A DNA stretch of 63,950 nt, counting the filler, from Reclinomonas americana ATCC 50394 (lineage: Eukaryota): assembly GCA_048213135.1 (NCBI GenBank). It is 11 parts of 11 records of this genome, joined end to end, with 100 filler letters (N's around TTAATTAATTAA, not from the genome) between each part and the next. Parts side by side here need not be neighbours in the genome. Positions count along the whole stretch, not along the records: positions 54,327 to 63,950 come from AFZH01021100.1; 10 more parts are not named here. The stretch is one strand, 5' to 3'. The notes below the pieces were generated by a model, which was not told the origin of the DNA, made no database searches, and saw nothing but the letters and a program-made list of their open reading frames with translations. The translations under genes were made by a program, and so were the position numbers. Below, in pieces: positions 58,847 to 63,950 of the stretch (its first letter is position 1; each line of letters starts with the position of its first letter).

Positions 58847-59676
58847 GACAGCCTCCGGCGCAGCCAGGCGCTGAGCTGGTCGATGATCGTCACCATGACG
58901 AGCATGATCGCGGTCACGGTCAGCAGTTTGGGGAAGTCGAGCAGGTCGATCGCCGCCTTGATCTCGATGCCGATGCCGCCGGCGCCGACGATGCCGAGGA
59001 TGGTCGAGGTGCGCACATTCGCCTCCCAGACATACAGCGAAACCGAGGCGAGGTTGGGCAGCACGGAAGGCAGGAGAGCGTATGAGACAACCTTGCTGCG
59101 GCTGGCACCGGTCATCGCCGCCGCTTCGAGAGGTGCCTGCGGAACGGTCTCGATCGCCTCTGCATTGAGCTTGGCGATGACACCGAGCGAATGCACGATC
59201 ATGCCGAGCACGCCGGCGAAGGGGCCGAGCCCGACCGCCGCGACGAAGAGCAGCGCGAAGACGATGGTATCGACGCCGCGGAAGCAGTTGACGGCCAGTC
59301 TGACGGGCGTGGCAAGCCAGGGCGAGGGAGAGGTGTTGCGCGCGATGAACACCGAGAGCGGGAATGCGAGCAGCGTCGCGACGGCAGTCGCGACTGTCGC
59401 GATCGCGATCGTCTCGGCAGCACGCAGCCAATAGACGTCGAGATCGCCGAGATAGGGCGGCCATGATTTGGCTGCCCAGGCGACGAGCCGCGGCAGGCCG
59501 GAGACGAGCGCGGCCAGGTCGATCTCCGCCAGCTCCACACAGAAGGCGAACAGGATGGCGAGAACGGCGGCGAGCCCGATCCTGACGAGAATGGATGGTG
59601 AGGTCAGGGGAATGCGCGTCTCGACATAGCGCCCTGTCGCGTCGCGCGACGGCGGAGTCCGCTCAAGCTGCAACAT
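58843..59676 (-). CDS. phnE: Phosphonate-type ABC permease
   Basis: AVGLGPFAGVLG, YVWEANVRTSTILGIVGAGGIG. Confidence 0.92.
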   Translation of the reverse strand: MLQLERTPPSRDATGRYVETRIPLTSPSILVRIGLAAVLAILFAFCVELAEIDLAALVSGLPRLVAWAAKSWPPYLGDLDVYWLRAAETIAIATVATAVATLLAFPLSVFIARNTSPSPWLATPVRLAVNCFRGVDTIVFALLFVAAVGLGPFAGVLGMIVHSLGVIAKLNAEAIETVPQAPLEAAAMTGASRSKVVSYALLPSVLPNLASVSLYVWEANVRTSTILGIVGAGGIGIEIKAAIDLLDFPKLLTVTAIMLVMVTIIDQLSAWLRRRLS

Positions 59677-59736
59677 GCTCTACTCCGACGCGTTGGGAAC
59701 GCGGCCGGCCCGCAGACCGACCGCGCAAGGAAGGCT

Positions 59737-60600
59737 TCAAACCTTGAGGACGCCGAGATCGCGACCCATCGTCTCGAGCACGGCGTAAGGCTCGTCCGTG
59801 GTCGTGGCGAAGCCTGTGTAGGGGTAAGGCAATGCCTTGAGTTCATCCGATGTCAGATTGTTGAAGGCAGATTGAAGGGCCCGTGCGGTTTCCTCATCCA
59901 CGCTCTTTCGCACGACGATCGGCTCGTTCGGCAGCGGCTCGGATTGCCAAACGATCTTGTTGGCATCGGCCTTCATCAATCCGTTCTTGATCATGGTGTT
60001 GCGGTGAGTGTCCCAGCCAGTGGCGAGGTCGACCTGGCCGTTGATCGTGGCCATCTGCGCCGCTGCGGCCGAGGCACCCTCTGCATAGCGGCCGAAATAG
60101 GTCTTCGGCTCGATGCCGCGCGAGCGGAAATAATGGGTCGGCACCATCCACCCCGTCGTCGAACCGGTGTCCAGCATCTGCATGGACATGCCCTTCGCAT
60201 CCTCGGGGAACTTCTCGAGCTTCAGGTCGGCGCGGGCGACGATCAACCCGTGGTAGATCGGCTTGCCGCCGATCAGCATGACGTTGATCACACGGGTGCC
60301 AGAGCTGTTCTTCGCCAGCACATAGCCCCAGGGACCGAGTTGCGCGAGATCGGCCTGTTCGCTGCCGATCGCGACCGAAACACCGGCCCAGTCATTGGCG
60401 ACGGTGAGATGAAGATTCGCGCCGATACGGTCGCAAACCATGCGGTAGAGCGGTTCCCAGACCTTGCGCGTTTCTGCCTGCGTTGGTTGCGAAGGCGCCA
60501 GTGCGACCTTGATAGTCTTGCGGCCCGTCTGGGCGCGCAGAAGGGCCGGTGCAGCGAGGGTTCCAGCGGCTCCGAGAAGCAGCGAGCGGCGGCCGAGCAT
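59737..60600 (-). CDS. phnD: PhnD-family substrate-binding protein with twin-arginine-like signal
   Basis: MLGRRSLLLG..; LGPWGYV; DTGSTTGWMVP; SEPLPNEP. Confidence 0.88.
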   Translation of the reverse strand: MLGRRSLLLGAAGTLAAPALLRAQTGRKTIKVALAPSQPTQAETRKVWEPLYRMVCDRIGANLHLTVANDWAGVSVAIGSEQADLAQLGPWGYVLAKNSSGTRVINVMLIGGKPIYHGLIVARADLKLEKFPEDAKGMSMQMLDTGSTTGWMVPTHYFRSRGIEPKTYFGRYAEGASAAAAQMATINGQVDLATGWDTHRNTMIKNGLMKADANKIVWQSEPLPNEPIVVRKSVDEETARALQSAFNNLTSDELKALPYPYTGFATTTDEPYAVLETMGRDLGVLKV

Positions 60601-60666
60601 GTCGATATCCTCGTAGATCTGTGTGGCAGCGCACCGACGCCGCAGCGATCGGACAGCGCCTCGATT

Positions 60667-60695
60667 ATGATTGCTCAATGACAGCTCTATGACGC
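60667..60695 (-). promoter_or_regulatory. Pho box (PhoB site) upstream of phnD
   Basis: Minus strand GCGTCAT-AGAG-CTGTCAT-TGAG-CAATCAT: three CTGTCAT-like repeats at 11-bp period. Confidence 0.75.
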
Positions 60696-61169
60696 TGAAT
60701 AAAATTCAATTTCGGATTTGTCCGCATCCTCTCGCGGTCTAACGAGCCTCCGCAAGGTGGCCGCTCGAGCGACAGAACCGGGAGGGCAGAATGTCGAACC
60801 GCTCAGTCGCTTGCCGCGCCGCAATCACACAGGCGCCACTGGCCCGCTTGACCGCCTGGCGTTGTCTCTGGCGAGCAGCCTTTCGACAAAACTATGCGCT
60901 TGCGCAAAGCTCGGCTGGCGGCGCCTCAGATATGCGCGCTCCGAGGCGCACATACTCAATTTGCTCCGCAGAGAGCAGGCAGGACGACACGATCCGCCAC
61001 ATCCTCGGGAATCTTTGGGGCGATGAGGGCGATCTCCTGAAAGAAGCCCTTTCGCTTCGCGACCTCATGTCCGGTTCGCCGATCTCTCGGAGAGACGAGA
61101 TCCGTTGCGGGACACTCGTCTACGCCGCAGGGAGGGACACAATGTGCCCGGTGGCTGTACCCATGTAGC

Positions 61170-61420
61170 TGAATCTACCACGCTGCGAGCGATCCTCGAA
61201 TGCACTCGATCGAGATCTCGCCCGGAACGCAGCGCCCATGCCAAGGTCTCGCGGATCAAGACGCTGCTACGTCGTCCAGCCTGCCACCAGACGCTGGCGC
61301 TGCTCTCAAGCTCAGATCTTGCGACTTATCGTGGCGAACAGCTTCGATCGAGCTCGCCGTCGACCGTGATCCGCGCGCTGAACACGATCAGCCACGCGAT
61401 CGACACGCCGATGCAGCATC
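61170..61420 (+). pseudogene. Tyrosine integrase remnant, same type as 41805-42090
   Basis: SRIKTLLRRP..LSSSDLATYRGEQLRSSSPSTVIRALNTISHAID; no catalytic domain. Confidence 0.7.
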
Positions 61421-61581
61421 CGACGACAGTTTGCGCGGGCGAGAGCGAGCCCCTCCAGCTTCGTCTCGTCTCCTGCTAGAAAAATGCAGCCGCTGCCGCT
61501 TCATGTGGAAAGCGGCACGCGCTTTCGCGGAGATTCCATTCTGCGGCTGTCGCGCATCAGGAAACGTTCCGGAAGGACGCT

Positions 61582-62451
61582 ATGCCGCAATTAGCATTTC
61601 CGCTCGCCCGCCTCAGGGCGATGCTTGACGACCTGCCGCCAACTGCGCGCCGCATCGCCAGCGTCATAGTCATGCAGCCGGACCAAGTTCTCGGCATGTC
61701 GGTCAGCGAGCTGGCTGCCGTGGCGCGAGCGAGCGAAGGATCGGTGATTGGACTTTGCCAACAGATCGGCGCGCGCGGTTTCTCCGAATTGAAGATCACG
61801 ATCGCCAAGGAGATCTCGACCTCGCGCGCGTTGCTGCATGAGGCGATTACGGCCGGCGACAGCACGGCCGACATCGTCGCCAAATTCACCGCAAGCCATG
61901 CCGTCGCGATCGAGGACACCGTCAAGGTGCTCGATATCGGCGAGATCGATCGGGCAGCGCGCTTCATCGTCGATGCAAAGCGAATCGAGTTCTACGGGAT
62001 AGGCACTGCCGCGCCGATCGCGGAAGATGCGGCCTATCGCTTCCTGCGACTCGGTCTTTCGACCAAGGCGGTGACGGATTCGCATGCGCAGGCGGTCAGC
62101 GCGGCCTTCACCGGGCCTGAGGTGGCGACGCTGACGATCTCGCATTCAGGCAGAACGCATGAGACGCTGGAGGCCACACGTCTCGCCAAGGCTGCCGGCG
62201 CGCGGACGATCTGCATCACCAATTACGGAAAGTCTCCGCTGCAGCAGCATTGCGAGATCACGCTCTTCACTGCTGCCCAGGAAACGAAATACCGGATGGA
62301 GGCGCTGTCGAGTCGCATCGCGGAGCTCTTCGTCATCGATGTTCTGTATGCTCGCCTCGCTCTGCTGCGCTGGGAAGGCTCGCTTGCCGCCATCCAGAAA
62401 TCCTATGACATCATCGCGACGAAGCGCGTTCCTTCCTCAGCCGAACGGTAG
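61582..62451 (+). CDS. RpiR/MurR-family regulator (HTH plus SIS)
   Basis: GARGFSELK, IEFYGIG, ISHSGRTHET, ITNYGKSPL. Confidence 0.93.
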   Translation: MPQLAFPLARLRAMLDDLPPTARRIASVIVMQPDQVLGMSVSELAAVARASEGSVIGLCQQIGARGFSELKITIAKEISTSRALLHEAITAGDSTADIVAKFTASHAVAIEDTVKVLDIGEIDRAARFIVDAKRIEFYGIGTAAPIAEDAAYRFLRLGLSTKAVTDSHAQAVSAAFTGPEVATLTISHSGRTHETLEATRLAKAAGARTICITNYGKSPLQQHCEITLFTAAQETKYRMEALSSRIAELFVIDVLYARLALLRWEGSLAAIQKSYDIIATKRVPSSAER

Positions 62452-62484
62452 GCCTGATGCTCTTGTCCTAGGGTGCAAGCGATT

Positions 62485-62735
62485 TCAGCGCCAACCCGTC
62501 GCCGCCGATGATGTGCAATAGGCTGAGTCGCTTGCGCCGAGTCCGTCGGTGTCAGGGTTGTCGCCGATCATCGCCGTTTCCTGCGACGCGAGCCCGAGGC
62601 GGGCGAGGGCGAGCTGGAAGAACTCCGGCGCAGGCTTGCCGGAGTCAAGGTCGGGCTCGCGTCCTTCAAGGGCGAGGAGGTCGCCAAGTCCCACCGTCCG
62701 GAGCTGGGGATTATCGCGATGTGCCGCCCGCACTC
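62485..62735 (-). pseudogene. HAD-IIA (NagD-like) phosphatase C-terminal fragment
   Basis: GKPAPEFF..AMIGDNPDTDGLGA; N-terminal DxD motif absent. Confidence 0.75.
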
Positions 62736-63089
62736 GTCGCCTTGTCGCGAAGAGACGGAAGTGTTCCGGGCCCCCAGAAGCCTCGCGGAGCGGAATTCCC
62801 CTGGACTGATATTCTGGCCGTATGGAGCGCTGTCGCCAATGAGATTGGACATATGACAGCGCCGGCGCAACGTTCGAACGGTTAGCTTCAAGAGGTTCGG
62901 ATGTTGTCAGCGCTCAACGGTCGGACGGCCGCAAACACCATCGAGCTGTCTGGCATGGCTGTCGCTGCGGCCGAGATCCGCCCTTCTAGCTAGGCCGGCA
63001 CATCGAGCGACGGTCCGCTCGTTCCTGTCGGCTCGTTCGATAGCCAAGGGCAGGGAAAGAAAAAACATCATAAGAACACGGGGAACAAC

Positions 63090-63950
63090 ATGCTGAAAGT
63101 CGCAGCCGTAGTATGTCTTTCGACATTCGCCTTGAATAATTCCACCGAAGCTCAAGCTCTCAACGGTACATTGCGCAAGATCGTCGAGACCGGCGAGATC
63201 GTCGTTTCACACAGAGACGCATCGATTCCTTTCTCCTATGTCGATGACAAGCAGCGGCCTGTTGGCTATGCACTCGAAATCTGTCTGAAGGTGGCCGAGG
63301 CGGCTAAGCGCGAGCTCGGCAAGACGGATATTCAGACCAAGCTAAGCCTCGTGAACTCCGCGACGCGGATCCCTTTGCTTCTGAACGGCACAGTAGACAT
63401 GGAATGCGGTTCGACGACGAACACCGTCGAGCGGCAACAGCAAGTAGCGTTTTCCATGACCTACTTCGTAACCGGGAACCGTATTCTGGCCAAGAAGTCG
63501 AGCGGTATCAAAGGCCTGTCTGACCTAAGAGGAAAGACTGTGGCTTCCAATTCTGGAACGACAAACCTTCGTCAGATCACTGAAATCAACACCCGGCAGG
63601 CGATGGGCATGAATGTCATTGCCGGCAAGGATCTGGCGGAGTCTTTCCTCCTTTTAGAGACGGATCGCGCCGCCGCGCTGGTCATGGACGACATCCTGCT
63701 CTCGAGCCTTTCGGCAAATTCACGGTCGCCTGATGACTATCAACTCGTGGGTGAGCCTCTGTCGATCGAGCCCTACGCCATCATGATCAGGAAGGATGAC
63801 CCCGCGTTTAAGGCAGTGGTCGACAAAGCCATGATCGATCTGATGAAGAGCGGCGAAATCGAGAGCATTTACAAGAAGTGGTTTCTGAGCGCGATCCCGC
63901 CGCGCGGAATCGTCCTCAACCTTCCTCCGAGTGAAGCTCTGCGAAAGGCC
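63090..63950 (+). CDS. Amino acid ABC substrate-binding protein (GltI-like), runs off the window end
   Basis: Not in ORF track; MLKVAAVVCL..TLRKIVETG..HRDASIPFSY..TRIPLLLNGTVDMECGSTTNT..MDDILL..EPYAIM. Confidence 0.9.
   Translation, partial: MLKVAAVVCLSTFALNNSTEAQALNGTLRKIVETGEIVVSHRDASIPFSYVDDKQRPVGYALEICLKVAEAAKRELGKTDIQTKLSLVNSATRIPLLLNGTVDMECGSTTNTVERQQQVAFSMTYFVTGNRILAKKSSGIKGLSDLRGKTVASNSGTTNLRQITEINTRQAMGMNVIAGKDLAESFLLLETDRAAALVMDDILLSSLSANSRSPDDYQLVGEPLSIEPYAIMIRKDDPAFKAVVDKAMIDLMKSGEIESIYKKWFLSAIPPRGIVLNLPPSEALRKA

Noticed and set aside
32545..63950. Large bacterial-to-eukaryote gene transfer
   Set aside because: The transition is exactly at an artificial spacer and the genes are intronless operons with RBS

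Overview
This window is an assembly concatenation of 11 contigs joined by ten artificial 100-nt spacers (N44-TTAATTAATTAA-N44). Bases 1-32444 are from an intron-rich, microsatellite-rich, apparently flagellated microbial eukaryote. They hold a class III cyclase 3' end, an FkbM-type methyltransferase, a FAM149-like gene, proteasome activator PA200/PSME4, two allele-like copies of radial spoke gene RSPH3 head-to-head with a C11orf65/MFI homolog, and PA2G4/EBP1. Bases 32545-63950 are from a high-GC bacterium, probably an alphaproteobacterium (inferred). They hold a sugar ABC operon, a GGDEF-EAL protein, a divergent carbamoyltransferase, a LysR-linked catabolic cluster, a MocR-MFS-nitrilase-cupin module, a Pho-boxed phnDEC-like transporter and many mobile-element remnants and pseudogenes. 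The best candidate for an undescribed system is the LysR cluster (peptide-type ABC transporter, class III aminotransferase, BadI-type ring hydrolase, acyl-CoA dehydrogenase, CoA ligase). It may catabolise a cyclic beta-amino acid, and its two promoters share a 42-bp motif. All family calls are from motif recognition by eye; no database searches were run, and eukaryotic exon boundaries are manual.
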